Below, in pieces: positions 8,147 to 17,244 of a DNA stretch of 64,000 nt. The notes below the pieces were generated by a model. It was not told where the DNA came from, made no database searches, and worked only from the letters and a program-made list of their open reading frames with translations. The stretch is from Candidatus Uhrbacteria bacterium. Lineage in GTDB: Bacteria > Patescibacteriota > Patescibacteriia > UBA9934 > GWF2-40-263. The translations under genes were made by a program, and so were the position numbers. The DNA is taken from positions 56,940-120,939 of the forward strand of contig JAPLZK010000002.1 in the NCBI GenBank assembly GCA_026395055.1, given 5' to 3'. Every line of letters begins with the position of its first letter. Within the stretch, counting starts at the first letter, position 1.

Positions 8147-8530
8147 TTAAATGTATTGGGTTGGTCGTGCTGGTTGTATTGCGAGAATTTGTTTGATTCT
8201 GCTAATGACAGAGTTTGTGTTGTTTATTACTTCGTCGTTTGTAAATCGAATCACTTTGATTTCGTATCCTTCAATTATTCGTGACCGTTCCTCGTCATGT
8301 GTTTTTCCTTCACTGGTAAAATGCTGCGAACCATCAAGTTCGATTGCCAATCGTTTTTCGGAGCAATAGAAATCTACAACGAAAGAATCAATACCATGTT
8401 GTCGACGAAACTTAAAGCCTAACTTCTTGTTTTTAAGATGCTCCCATAAATAATTCTCCGCACGCGTCGCTTCGTTACGAAGCACGCGCCTCACATCCTT
8501 TTGATAGAACCGATTAAAAAGTTCATGCAT
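8147..8530 (-). CDS. DUF559 (Vsr-like) endonuclease-domain protein (127 aa)
   Basis: Motifs LRNEATRAENYLWEHLK, FRRQH, VDFYC, AIELDGSQH, IRFTNDEV. Start set at MHELF, because the longer ORF runs into the repeat and smc. Confidence 0.75.
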   Translation of the reverse strand: MHELFNRFYQKDVRRVLRNEATRAENYLWEHLKNKKLGFKFRRQHGIDSFVVDFYCSEKRLAIELDGSQHFTSEGKTHDEERSRIIEGYEIKVIRFTNDEVINNTNSVISRIKQILAIQPARPTQYI

Positions 8531-8535
8531 AAAGT

Positions 8536-8579
8536 CCAAAGCCCCTCCTGCAAAGGAGGGGTTGGGGGAGGTTTCGAGC
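8536..8579. repeat. 44-bp inverted repeat, right arm
   Basis: Perfect reverse complement of 8072-8115. Confidence 0.95.
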
Positions 8580-8594
8580 TTGTCCTCCAAGTCA

Positions 8595-10859
8595 TTATCG
8601 TCTCGCCGTCGCGCCACTCGCAACTTCTTCTAACTTCACGGAGAGCAAATTGCTGACTCCGTCGTCTCCCATGGTCACTCCATACAAGACATCTGCTTTT
8701 TCCATGGTTGCGCGGTTGTGTGTCACAACAATGAACTGAGAATTTTTTGATAGGTCATCAAGAATGGAGGCAAAGCGCATCGTGTTTGATTCATCGAGCG
8801 CGGCATCAACCTCATCGAGCACCACGAATGGGGCTGGGTTTACGGCCATGATAGCGGAGAGGAGGGCAATAGATGTAAGCGCACGTTCTCCTCCAGAGAG
8901 AAGATTCAAGGATTTCAATTTCTTTCCCGGAGGTGTTGCTTGAATATCGATTCCGACCACGCCGTCATCGTACGCGGCAATGCGTTCACGGATGGCATCT
9001 GTCTTATCGCGTTCCGCTTCACCTGTATCTTCGAACACGCGTTCTGGTGTGACTTCTGTTTCTTCATCTGCTTTCAAATCTTCTTTTGAGAGCTTGATGA
9101 GGGAACACGATCCACCGTTAAACAAAATTTTGAAATACTTTTCAAACTCTTTGTTGATGAGTGCGAAGACCTTCTTCGACTGGGTTGCAATGTCTTCATC
9201 AAGTTCGATCACGATTTTTTCGGTTGCGTTGATCGCTTTTTTCAAATCTTGAATTTGCACATCCAGAAACTCGAATCGCTTTTTTGTATCTTCATACTCA
9301 ACAACGATTTCTGGATCGATTCCACCAATCAGTTCAAGTTTGTAACGCAAGCGTTGGATTTCTGGGTAGATGGCGTTTGCATCCACGGCGTATTCTTCCC
9401 GTTTTGTGCGAACAGCAACTGCCGATTCTTTCATCGCTTCATCCATTTCACGATTCAAACTTTTCTGACGCTCTTCGAATCGTGCGGATTCGATGTTGAT
9501 GGAGTTGCGTTGGTTCTCGAGTAAATGAATTTGTGTTTGCTTCTCACGCAACTCCCGTTGCATGTCGATCAACTCTGTGCGAACTTGTTTTTCTTTTTGT
9601 GCGTACGAGTCAATCTCACGTTCTTGTTCAACAAGTTCTGCTTTGATGCGTTGCTCGTCGAGTGCGAGCGCGGCTTTCTTTTCGAGAAGCACAGGATCCG
9701 GTTTGATGTCTTCTGGATTTGGTTTGCGCAAACGCTTGTTCAATCCAACAACTTTGTCGAGAACAGAATCGATCGCAAGATGAAGGGCATCAATGTCTTT
9801 GAGGGATTTTAAATTTTTGAGGAGAACATCGAGTCCATCAATCTCTTCCACAATTTTCAAAAGGGGGAGTGGGGCCCAGTTTGATTGCGCACGCACTTTT
9901 GTGAGCTCGATTTCTTTTTCGATTTGAAATTGTGCTTGGCGACACGTGTCACGCTCACGTTGTTTTTCGCGGTATACTTTTTGTAATGCGGTGAGTCCTG
10001 CATCTTCTCCTGTTTCAGAAGTCTCGACCGCTTTTGTTCGTGATTCGATGACTTCAAGTTCAGATCGCTTCTCGAGAATGCGACCATCGATCTCACCAAG
10101 CTGCGCTTTCACGCCCGCGAGTTCGTCTACAATATTCCACCAGAGTGTTCCATAGTAAGATGTTTCCATTCCACGCAATTCACGTTCCACTTCTTCGCGT
10201 TCCGAGAGTCTTGAAACCTGACGCTTGAGGGATCGTAAGCGCGGTTCGATTTCTTGCACGAGCATTTCTACGTCTGTGAGATTTTCGAGTGTGCGTTTTA
10301 ATTTCAAAATCGCTTCATGGCGTTTGAGTTGAAGAGGCTTTACTCCGGTCGCGTCATCAAAAAAACTTTTGCGCTCTTCAGGAGTTGAAACCAGAATGTG
10401 ATCGATCATGCCTTGTCCGATGACCGAGTAGGATCGTTGACCAACGTTTGCTTGTGCGAGGAGAAGTTGGATGTCCGCAAGGCGCGCCGTGCCATCGTTC
10501 AAAAGATATTCTGAGTTACCATCGCGGTAGAGTCGGCGTGTGATGGTGACTTCGGAATAATCGATGGGCATCATTTTGTCTTCGTTGTTGAGCGTAATAG
10601 AAACTTCCGCGAATCCAGAACGGCCGCGACCTTCCGAGCCAGAAAAAATCACGTCCTCGGATTTCTTTCCGCGAAGAAGCTTCATGCTCTGCTCACCCAA
10701 AACCCAACGGATGGCATCCGCAAGATTGGACTTTCCTGATCCGTTTGGTCCCACAATGGAAGTGAGTGGATAGCGATCTACCGCGGGCGGAAGAAACGAA
10801 AGGGAAGTTTTTTTGGCAAAGGTTTTGAATCCTTGAACGGAGAGTTTCGACAGGTACAT
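8595..10859 (-). CDS. smc: SMC-family chromosome segregation ATPase, short form (754 aa)
   Basis: N-terminal GFKTF...IVGPNGSGKSNLADAIRWVLGEQS. C-terminal LSGGERALTSIALL and VLDEVDAALD. Long coiled coil in between. Confidence 0.85.
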   Translation of the reverse strand: MYLSKLSVQGFKTFAKKTSLSFLPPAVDRYPLTSIVGPNGSGKSNLADAIRWVLGEQSMKLLRGKKSEDVIFSGSEGRGRSGFAEVSITLNNEDKMMPIDYSEVTITRRLYRDGNSEYLLNDGTARLADIQLLLAQANVGQRSYSVIGQGMIDHILVSTPEERKSFFDDATGVKPLQLKRHEAILKLKRTLENLTDVEMLVQEIEPRLRSLKRQVSRLSEREEVERELRGMETSYYGTLWWNIVDELAGVKAQLGEIDGRILEKRSELEVIESRTKAVETSETGEDAGLTALQKVYREKQRERDTCRQAQFQIEKEIELTKVRAQSNWAPLPLLKIVEEIDGLDVLLKNLKSLKDIDALHLAIDSVLDKVVGLNKRLRKPNPEDIKPDPVLLEKKAALALDEQRIKAELVEQEREIDSYAQKEKQVRTELIDMQRELREKQTQIHLLENQRNSINIESARFEERQKSLNREMDEAMKESAVAVRTKREEYAVDANAIYPEIQRLRYKLELIGGIDPEIVVEYEDTKKRFEFLDVQIQDLKKAINATEKIVIELDEDIATQSKKVFALINKEFEKYFKILFNGGSCSLIKLSKEDLKADEETEVTPERVFEDTGEAERDKTDAIRERIAAYDDGVVGIDIQATPPGKKLKSLNLLSGGERALTSIALLSAIMAVNPAPFVVLDEVDAALDESNTMRFASILDDLSKNSQFIVVTHNRATMEKADVLYGVTMGDDGVSNLLSVKLEEVASGATARR

Positions 10860-10968
10860 ACGATATAGGTGGGGTTCCGAGACCCCGCGCGAATGGGAAG
10901 ATATTAGTTCGGAATAATTATAGCACGGTTGACCGCCGGCTTAGGATTAGATAGTGTAGGGAATTCCT

Positions 10969-11985
10969 ATGGAGTTATTGACCCACAAACGCATTTACGA
11001 CCTTTTGCTTTCCGCACAGAATCCTGTGCTTGTTTCGGATGTGCGTCTGGACGGAGACTCTCTTGGCTCTGTGCTTGCGATGTATCACTTTTTGCATCAA
11101 CACGGGAAACCATCTCGTGTCTATGTCGCCGAGGCCGTACCCGAACAATATCAATTCTTGCCAGATGTTCATGTCTGCTCCACAGATGCAAAGATTTTTG
11201 ATGATTCGACGATTGATCTTGTGGTGGTGTTTGATTGTTCCGAGGCAGAGTTCGTCACGAGTCTTGTTGAACGTGTAGACGGGAATCCGATGATTATCAA
11301 CATCGATCATCATAAAACGAATCCAAAGTACGGGCATGTAAACCAAGTGCTTGTCGACGCGCCCGCAACAGCGGAAGTGGTCTTTCGATTTCTTGAGGCC
11401 AATAATGTTGTGATCACAAAGCATGTTTCCACGTGTCTTCTTGCAGGTTTGTGTTTTGACACAAACATGTTCTCGAACTCTGCGACAAACGAACGTGCGC
11501 TCGACACAGCATCTCAACTTATTCTGCATGGCGCTCGTGTTCAGGATGTTATCCGCACCATGTTTCAGAATCGTTCCGTAAGTGCACTTCATGTTTGGGG
11601 AGCTGCTCTCGAGCGTTTGACGGACCATCCCGAAATTCGTGTAATGACGACCGTGCTTACGCGATCAGATATTGAGACGCATCAAGTCACCGATGACGAG
11701 ATTGATGGACTGTCAAACTTTTTAAATCTCGTGGCCGATACGGATACATTATTTGTTCTTCGTGAAACCAAAGAAGGTGGAGTGAAGGTTTCTATGCGCT
11801 CCCGAACAAAAGACGTTTCAAAAATTGCGAGCGCACACGGCGGGGGAGGACATGCCAAAGCAGCCGGGTTTACGCTCCCGGACGCGAGTCTGGTCGAGAA
11901 CGAGTCGGTTTGGTGTGTGTCGAGAGAAGAGCGAGTACATCCGATTGCACACGCACTACGCTTTGAAGAGTTTTTTTCTGTGTAA
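10969..11985 (+). CDS. DHH-family phosphoesterase (NrnA-like)
   Basis: DGDSLGS, VVVFDCSE, NIDHHKTN and GGGGHAKAAG motifs in the order typical of DHH/DHHA1. Confidence 0.8.
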   Translation: MELLTHKRIYDLLLSAQNPVLVSDVRLDGDSLGSVLAMYHFLHQHGKPSRVYVAEAVPEQYQFLPDVHVCSTDAKIFDDSTIDLVVVFDCSEAEFVTSLVERVDGNPMIINIDHHKTNPKYGHVNQVLVDAPATAEVVFRFLEANNVVITKHVSTCLLAGLCFDTNMFSNSATNERALDTASQLILHGARVQDVIRTMFQNRSVSALHVWGAALERLTDHPEIRVMTTVLTRSDIETHQVTDDEIDGLSNFLNLVADTDTLFVLRETKEGGVKVSMRSRTKDVSKIASAHGGGGHAKAAGFTLPDASLVENESVWCVSREERVHPIAHALRFEEFFSV

Positions 11986-11995
11986 TTTCTTTTGT

Positions 11996-12062
11996 GTCAT
12001 TGCGAGGAGTTCGACGACGCGGCAATCTTTCGAAAAGATTGCTTCGCTTTGCTCGCAATGAC
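11996..12062. repeat. Palindromic GTCATTGCGAGG...CTCGCAATGAC element
   Basis: Hairpin-forming intergenic element. A related copy lies at 44270-44363. Confidence 0.8.
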
Positions 12063-12095
12063 AAGAAAAATAAACCGTGCTAACATTTTTTCACT

Positions 12096-12713
12096 ATGAA
12101 TTACAAAATTACTTCCAAACTCCAAACCGTTGAGGACAACTACCTCGTTCCAACTGTTATAGAAAAAACCAACATGGGTGAGCGTGCGTATGACATTTAT
12201 TCTCGTTTGCTTAAGGATCGCATCATCTTTCTTGGAACGGAGATCGATGACACGGTTGCAAACCTCGTCATTGCCCAGCTTTTGTTTCTTGAAAGCCAAG
12301 ATAAAACAAAAGAAATAAAACTTTACATCAACTCTCCAGGTGGATCCGTTACCTCTGGCCTCGCTATTTATGACGCCATGCAATACGTAAAACCCGATGT
12401 TTCAACCATTTGTGTTGGAATGGCGGCGTCTATGGCAGCGGTACTTCTTGCATCTGGTGCGAAAGGAAAGCGCTTCTGTCTTCCAAACTCAGAAGTCATG
12501 ATCCACCAAGTATTGGGAGGTGTTTCCGGACAAGCAACAGACATTAAAATTCATGCAGAACGTATTTTAAAGATCAAAGATCAGTTGAATACAATTCTTG
12601 CAAAACACACAGGAAAGAAGAAAGCTCAGGTAGAACAAGACACAGAACGTGACTACTTTCTGGATCCAGGAGAAGCGTTGACTTACGGATTAATCGATAA
12701 GGTGATAAAATAA
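12096..12713 (+). CDS. clpP: ATP-dependent Clp protease proteolytic subunit
   Basis: [37 protein letters not shown] and IHQVLGG motifs. Confidence 0.95.
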   Translation: MNYKITSKLQTVEDNYLVPTVIEKTNMGERAYDIYSRLLKDRIIFLGTEIDDTVANLVIAQLLFLESQDKTKEIKLYINSPGGSVTSGLAIYDAMQYVKPDVSTICVGMAASMAAVLLASGAKGKRFCLPNSEVMIHQVLGGVSGQATDIKIHAERILKIKDQLNTILAKHTGKKKAQVEQDTERDYFLDPGEALTYGLIDKVIK

Positions 12714-12726
12714 GCGTGTCAAAAAA

Positions 12727-12752
12727 CGAGCCGGAATTTGGCTCGTTTTTTT
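12727..12752 (+). terminator. clpP intrinsic terminator
   Basis: cgagcc-ggaattt-ggctcg hairpin followed by T7. Confidence 0.85.
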
Positions 12753-12857
12753 ATCTGTTCGCACATGTAGGACAGTTTTTTGGCGGCTTTTCTTTCGTTT
12801 TAGATCGAATCTGACTGTCGTGTTTGCATTTTGCTTACAAAATGCCAATAAATACGC

Positions 12858-12886
12858 TTGACAAGAGGATGCTGCGCTGATAGACT
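12858..12886 (+). promoter_or_regulatory. Orphan sigma70-like promoter
   Basis: TTGACA, 17-nt spacer, TAGACT. No credible plus-strand CDS downstream. Confidence 0.55.
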
Positions 12887-12892
12887 CCTCTC

Positions 12893-13109
12893 TTCCGCTA
12901 TGGAAGCATTGATTTCTCTGTTCCGCTTAGGATGTTACCTACGTCTACCTTATCGCGACTGACCTGCAGGCACGACAAGCATGGGATTTCAAAAAATGGA
13001 TGCATCAGGTCTCCGGACTCGATCTCTCCATTTGTGAAATTTCTTGCCTGCAGCTTAGTCACGAGAAGTTTTCTGAAAAGATCGTTCACATATGTGCACG
13101 ATCTTTTTT
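12893..13109 (+). ncRNA. Candidate ~215-nt rod-like small RNA, class unknown
   Basis: Lies between the orphan promoter and the hairpin+T6 at 13080-13109. Nested long-range pairings 12957-12972/13045-13060 and 12984-12999/13028-13042. Confidence 0.35.
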
Positions 13110-13167
13110 GTTATCTTCATCGATCTTACGACGTTTGAAATTTCACGCAAGAGAAACTGTGGATAGA

Positions 13168-15057
13168 TTACGGAGTCACGGGAGTGGGAGTTTCAGGAGA
13201 GGGAATTGTTTGTGTGGGATTCACTCCCACTAAACAAATTTTTGGAAGAGGACGGTAGTGTGACGTATAAACTTTTTCTGTTTTTGTTCCGTCCGGATTT
13301 TGAATGGTGTAAGTAAAAGATGTATTTGCTCCTTTGTGTGCTTCCTGACATTTTTCTTCACCCGGTTTTAAGTCCGTTGATGCTTGGTCAATTTCGTCGC
13401 CGTACGGAATCCATTTTGAAACGATGGGTGGGGTGTAGGATCCTTTGCGACCATCACTTGTGCCCCAGAGTGTAAACTTCAATTCTGTTTTTGAGGGAAT
13501 ATTTTCTGCTTCAAATAAGATGTAGTGTTCCGTGTTGTTTGTGAATTTGAAATCCGGCGCTGGATCAAAAATCGTTGCGTCTGTTCCTGGATTTCCATTT
13601 GAAGGATCATTGTAATACGAAACAACGAGGGAATGGTTTTGACGTGCGTTAATGGGGAGTCCTGCATGCATAACTGCACGAAAGGCCGTTGTTCCAATTT
13701 GGCAAAGACCTCCGCCGATGTCCGGTTCAATCTTGTCTCCTTTGATGACAAGTTCACGTAGATATCCATTTTCTGTTGTAAAAGGTTTGAGCGCTTCAAG
13801 TAAAGAAAATGTTTCGCCTGGAGCAATGAGGAGTCCATTTAATAAGTTCACTCCATTTTGAATGTTAAGTTTTCTATTCTTTGGACTCTTTCCATAATTT
13901 GAGATTCCATATCCGAGTATTTCATCAATTCCAATATCATTTACTTCTGCTGTTTTGACAGAGGGTTTCTCAAGAGTGGTTGCAATCAGAATAGGGCTTG
14001 TGGATCCTTGGGTTATTTGGGCGAGTGTATCTTGAAATAATTTTTCCGTATCAACCGTAATACCATTTTTGCTTTCTGCAAATTTTACCGCATGACTGCT
14101 TTTGATGACGAAGCGAGCATTTTGTGCTGGAACGTTTACCGCTTTTATGATTGGTTCAAGAAATGTATTGAACGAATCGCGATTTAAACTGACCGTTCCA
14201 TCCTGTGTTGGAACGAGGAGTGTTTCGAGTGTGTGTGAATCAAGCTTCCAAGAATCTTCTGTTTCATCTTCATGTTTATAAACCAAGTGATAAGGTGCGG
14301 CACCTAAGATGGCTTGGATGATTGGAATTTCTTTTGCGGCAACCTCTTCTGTTACAAGAGGTTTGCGTTCTGCTTTCACAAGATCAATGGGTTCTGTGCT
14401 GAGCGTTTCGAGCGTATTTGAGAGTGCAGCTTCAAAGGCGGCGTCATCAATTTGATCGCCAGACACGCCGGGTTTTACTTCAATATTCCAAGTATCTGCG
14501 GAAGGTTTTATGACGAACGCTGTCTCCGCGGCAAAATGTTCGTCCGTTGCAAACAAGGCGTGAAGCGATTGGTTGAGTTCGGATGTATGAACAGAAAAAC
14601 GCATCGCTGTGCGAAAGGGTCGAATGAGTGCGTATAGAATTTTGTTTGTGTTTACGATTGGGTTTGCGTCATGACGAGCCATCTCTGTTGTTTTCAGTGT
14701 TTGATCTAAATCGAAATTTACATATTCAACAAGATCAGACCCGATGAGTGTTGAGAGAGGGAGGTTTTTTGTTTCTCCGTTATAGCGAACATCAATTCCG
14801 TGATTCAGCAATTCGTCCGCTTGTTTTTGTAAAATGGCACGTGCTTCTTCTGGAGTCTTTCGTCCAATATCAACACCACCAACAAAAACATTGGGGGCGA
14901 TGTAACCATTATATTTTTCCGCATAACTCCACGCACCCCAACCAAGGCCGGTGAGAATGAGAACGGTTGCAATGCTGCCACCTACAACATATTTCGAAAA
15001 TCCTCTCGAGGATTTATTCGAGAGGGTTGGAAGGTGTGTCTGTTCGTCTATATGCAT
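13168..15057 (-). CDS. VanW-domain protein with N-terminal membrane anchor (629 aa)
   Basis: TM segment GGSIATVLILTGLGW. VanW core PGETFSLLEAL...GGGLCQIGTTAFRAVMHAGLPINARQNHS. Confidence 0.8.
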   Translation of the reverse strand: MHIDEQTHLPTLSNKSSRGFSKYVVGGSIATVLILTGLGWGAWSYAEKYNGYIAPNVFVGGVDIGRKTPEEARAILQKQADELLNHGIDVRYNGETKNLPLSTLIGSDLVEYVNFDLDQTLKTTEMARHDANPIVNTNKILYALIRPFRTAMRFSVHTSELNQSLHALFATDEHFAAETAFVIKPSADTWNIEVKPGVSGDQIDDAAFEAALSNTLETLSTEPIDLVKAERKPLVTEEVAAKEIPIIQAILGAAPYHLVYKHEDETEDSWKLDSHTLETLLVPTQDGTVSLNRDSFNTFLEPIIKAVNVPAQNARFVIKSSHAVKFAESKNGITVDTEKLFQDTLAQITQGSTSPILIATTLEKPSVKTAEVNDIGIDEILGYGISNYGKSPKNRKLNIQNGVNLLNGLLIAPGETFSLLEALKPFTTENGYLRELVIKGDKIEPDIGGGLCQIGTTAFRAVMHAGLPINARQNHSLVVSYYNDPSNGNPGTDATIFDPAPDFKFTNNTEHYILFEAENIPSKTELKFTLWGTSDGRKGSYTPPIVSKWIPYGDEIDQASTDLKPGEEKCQEAHKGANTSFTYTIQNPDGTKTEKVYTSHYRPLPKICLVGVNPTQTIPSPETPTPVTP

Positions 15058-15058
15058 A

Positions 15059-15457
15059 TTATAAATCGTCTAAATCCAAAATACTGATTGGTTTATCCAT
15101 TTCTGTTTTCTTCAGACGAATGGTGAGCACACCTTTTTTGAGAATGGCGTCTACGGAGTTTGGGTCTACGTGACTTGGAAGAATGATGGATCTGGAAAAC
15201 GCACCCCAGTGACATTCCTGGACATGCGTTTTTCCGCGTTTGAATTCTGAGATTTCATTCGCGCGACTTCCACGAATGGTTAGAGTGTCTTCATGCAATG
15301 TGATGTCCAAATCTTCTGCATTTACCCCCGCGATTGCACTTCTTACCACGATTTCCTTTGCCGTTTCCATAACGTCAACCGAAAGCTGACCTTCGTTTTG
15401 TGAAAACCAAGAACTATCCGTGAAATCGTTTTGAATGTATTCGCGTTGCGGACTCAT
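15059..15457 (-). CDS. Hsp20/alpha-crystallin small heat-shock protein
   Basis: LSVDVMETAKEIVVRSAIAGVNAEDLDITLHEDTLTIRG ... GVLTIRLKK. Start trimmed to avoid overlapping the upstream gene. Confidence 0.85.
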   Translation of the reverse strand: MSPQREYIQNDFTDSSWFSQNEGQLSVDVMETAKEIVVRSAIAGVNAEDLDITLHEDTLTIRGSRANEISEFKRGKTHVQECHWGAFSRSIILPSHVDPNSVDAILKKGVLTIRLKKTEMDKPISILDLDDL

Positions 15458-15470
15458 AGTTACCGATATT

Positions 15471-16262
15471 TTACCCGTTTTGTGTTTGTTGCGCCAGCGT
15501 TTCCATTTTCCCGGAAACAGACCAAAGGAGTTCAAATAGTTGTTGAATCATTTCTCGGATTGATTTGCTTGTGATCATGACGTGCGCGCCTTCTGATTTG
15601 GTTGAGAAGATGACGATTGTGTCATCCCAAAACAAGATGGAGGCATGAAACGAGAGGTCTGCGGGGAGAAAACGTGCTTCGCGTAATTCTTTTGCATGGG
15701 TCGCGGCACTATATTGCTTAATTTCATGTGATCGAACACGGAGACTTTTTAAGTTGATGTTTTTTTGCACGCGACGTTTTGAATAGTGAAACTTTTCGCC
15801 GATAACTTCCTGAAATTCCTTTGCCGAGACAATCTCGTAAACCGTTTTGGATTTTGCGTTCAAGGATTCATTGAGAATATCGGTCACACGCTCGCGTTCG
15901 AAAATTTTGATGCGCGCCTGCTCGAGGGTTTCTGTTTTGAGTGAAGCAAGAAGTGGCAGAATGCCCGCAACGGATTTAGCTTGTTCGGTAAGAAGTGTTT
16001 TAAAGACATCTGGATGGTGTGCTTGAAAAACGCTGCGGGATTTATTTTTCGTGACATCAACCACACCTTTTTTCACAAGGCGTTGCATGGTGGATTGGAT
16101 GGTTGTGACAGGAAGCGATAATCGGCGGGCGAGGGGGGTGAGAGTTGTGGAACCCATTTCGAGGAGCGCAAGGTAAACGCGCTCATCTTTTGGATTAAAC
16201 CCAAATCCCGAGAGAACCTCGGTGATTTCCTGCTTTTGTTTGGGGGTGAATTGATTGGGCAT
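15471..16262 (-). CDS. TrmB-family transcriptional regulator
   Basis: N-terminal wHTH (YLALLEMGSTTLTPLARRLSLPVTTIQSTMQRLVKKGVV). Paralog of 32335-33102. First ATG used, since the ORF track starts at a TTG. Confidence 0.65.
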   Translation of the reverse strand: MPNQFTPKQKQEITEVLSGFGFNPKDERVYLALLEMGSTTLTPLARRLSLPVTTIQSTMQRLVKKGVVDVTKNKSRSVFQAHHPDVFKTLLTEQAKSVAGILPLLASLKTETLEQARIKIFERERVTDILNESLNAKSKTVYEIVSAKEFQEVIGEKFHYSKRRVQKNINLKSLRVRSHEIKQYSAATHAKELREARFLPADLSFHASILFWDDTIVIFSTKSEGAHVMITSKSIREMIQQLFELLWSVSGKMETLAQQTQNG

Positions 16263-16495
16263 ATCGAATGCGTAGGGGCGGGTCGTGACCCGCCCATCGA
16301 TCACAAAAAGTATATTTACGAAAAATATCGTAACAAATTTTTCGAACTTCGTCAATCAAATAAGCTAAAATTTATTGAACACCAAGTAAACATGTGAATT
16401 TTTATCGCATGAAATGTCTGTTTTGATTATTCTGTTGTTGTAAGTGATCGAGAGAGGTCACTTATGCCAAACGTTCCTTACAACAGAGGTGAATC

Positions 16496-16741
16496 ATGAA
16501 GGTTCTTACGGTGTTTCGTGGATCTCTTTGGTCTGATGTTTATCGCTGTAGTGCATGTCGCTCCACGATGCGTGTCGATCTGAAAGATCTTGAGCCGTTC
16601 TGGACTTCGCCAGCCTATGGTCCGCTTGATTGCGATTCGACATTGCATCTGTATTTCTATTGCGGACAGTGTCAGAAGAAAAATAAAATCGCGATCACAG
16701 AAAAATTGAAGACGTTGTTTCCAGAACCAAGTTCTTACTAA
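16496..16741 (+). CDS. MKVL zinc-ribbon paralog 1 (81 aa)
   Basis: MKVL N-terminus with CSAC...CGQC Cys pairs. RBS agaggtgaatc. Confidence 0.55.
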   Translation: MKVLTVFRGSLWSDVYRCSACRSTMRVDLKDLEPFWTSPAYGPLDCDSTLHLYFYCGQCQKKNKIAITEKLKTLFPEPSSY

Positions 16742-16753
16742 TGGGAGGACATC

Positions 16754-16987
16754 ATGAAAGTTTTGAAGAAAGGTCCTGATACGAATTGGGGCAAGGAGAT
16801 GCGGTGCACGGGGTACGGTCTCGGCACAACGGGCGGATGCGGTGCACTTTTGCTCGTGTCGCCTCGGGATGTGAAGAGTCACTACGACGATGGTGATACA
16901 TCCTATTGGTTTGTGTGTCCCGAGTGTGGTGCGCGGACCTATGTCACGAGTCGGACGTTTTCTCAACTGCAAGGAGGTGTCTCATGA
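16754..16987 (+). CDS. MKVL zinc-ribbon paralog 2 (77 aa)
   Basis: MKVLKKG...CTGYGLGTTGGCGALLLV...VCPECG. RBS gggagg. Confidence 0.6.
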   Translation: MKVLKKGPDTNWGKEMRCTGYGLGTTGGCGALLLVSPRDVKSHYDDGDTSYWFVCPECGARTYVTSRTFSQLQGGVS

Positions 16988-17244
16988 AGGTTCTTGAAAA
17001 GGGGCGGCCGCAAAAGGGTTGGAGTCATACGTACAAATGCACTGGTTCCGGAAATGGTGGTGGTGGGTGCGGAGCAAAGTTGCTTGTCGAGTTCAATGAT
17101 CTCTTCAAGACGCATCACTACGATTATGGTGGCGGACACGATGTCTACATCACCTTTTTGTGTGCTGAGTGTGGTGTTCTTACGGATATTGATTACTCCG
17201 GCCCCAACAGCAGCTCGATTCCCGATCACCGGAGGGTGTCATGA
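16984..17244 (+). CDS. MKVL zinc-ribbon paralog 3 (86 aa)
   Basis: MKVLEKG...CTGSGNGGGGCGAKLLV...LCAECG. ATGA overlap with paralog 2. Confidence 0.6.
   Translation: MKVLEKGRPQKGWSHTYKCTGSGNGGGGCGAKLLVEFNDLFKTHHYDYGGGHDVYITFLCAECGVLTDIDYSGPNSSSIPDHRRVS

Noticed and set aside
12932-13233. 68-aa and 77-aa plus-strand ORFs in the clpP-VanW spacer
   Set aside because: They lack an RBS, are Cys/Ser/Arg-rich with an implausible composition, and overlap the predicted rod-like RNA and the terminator.
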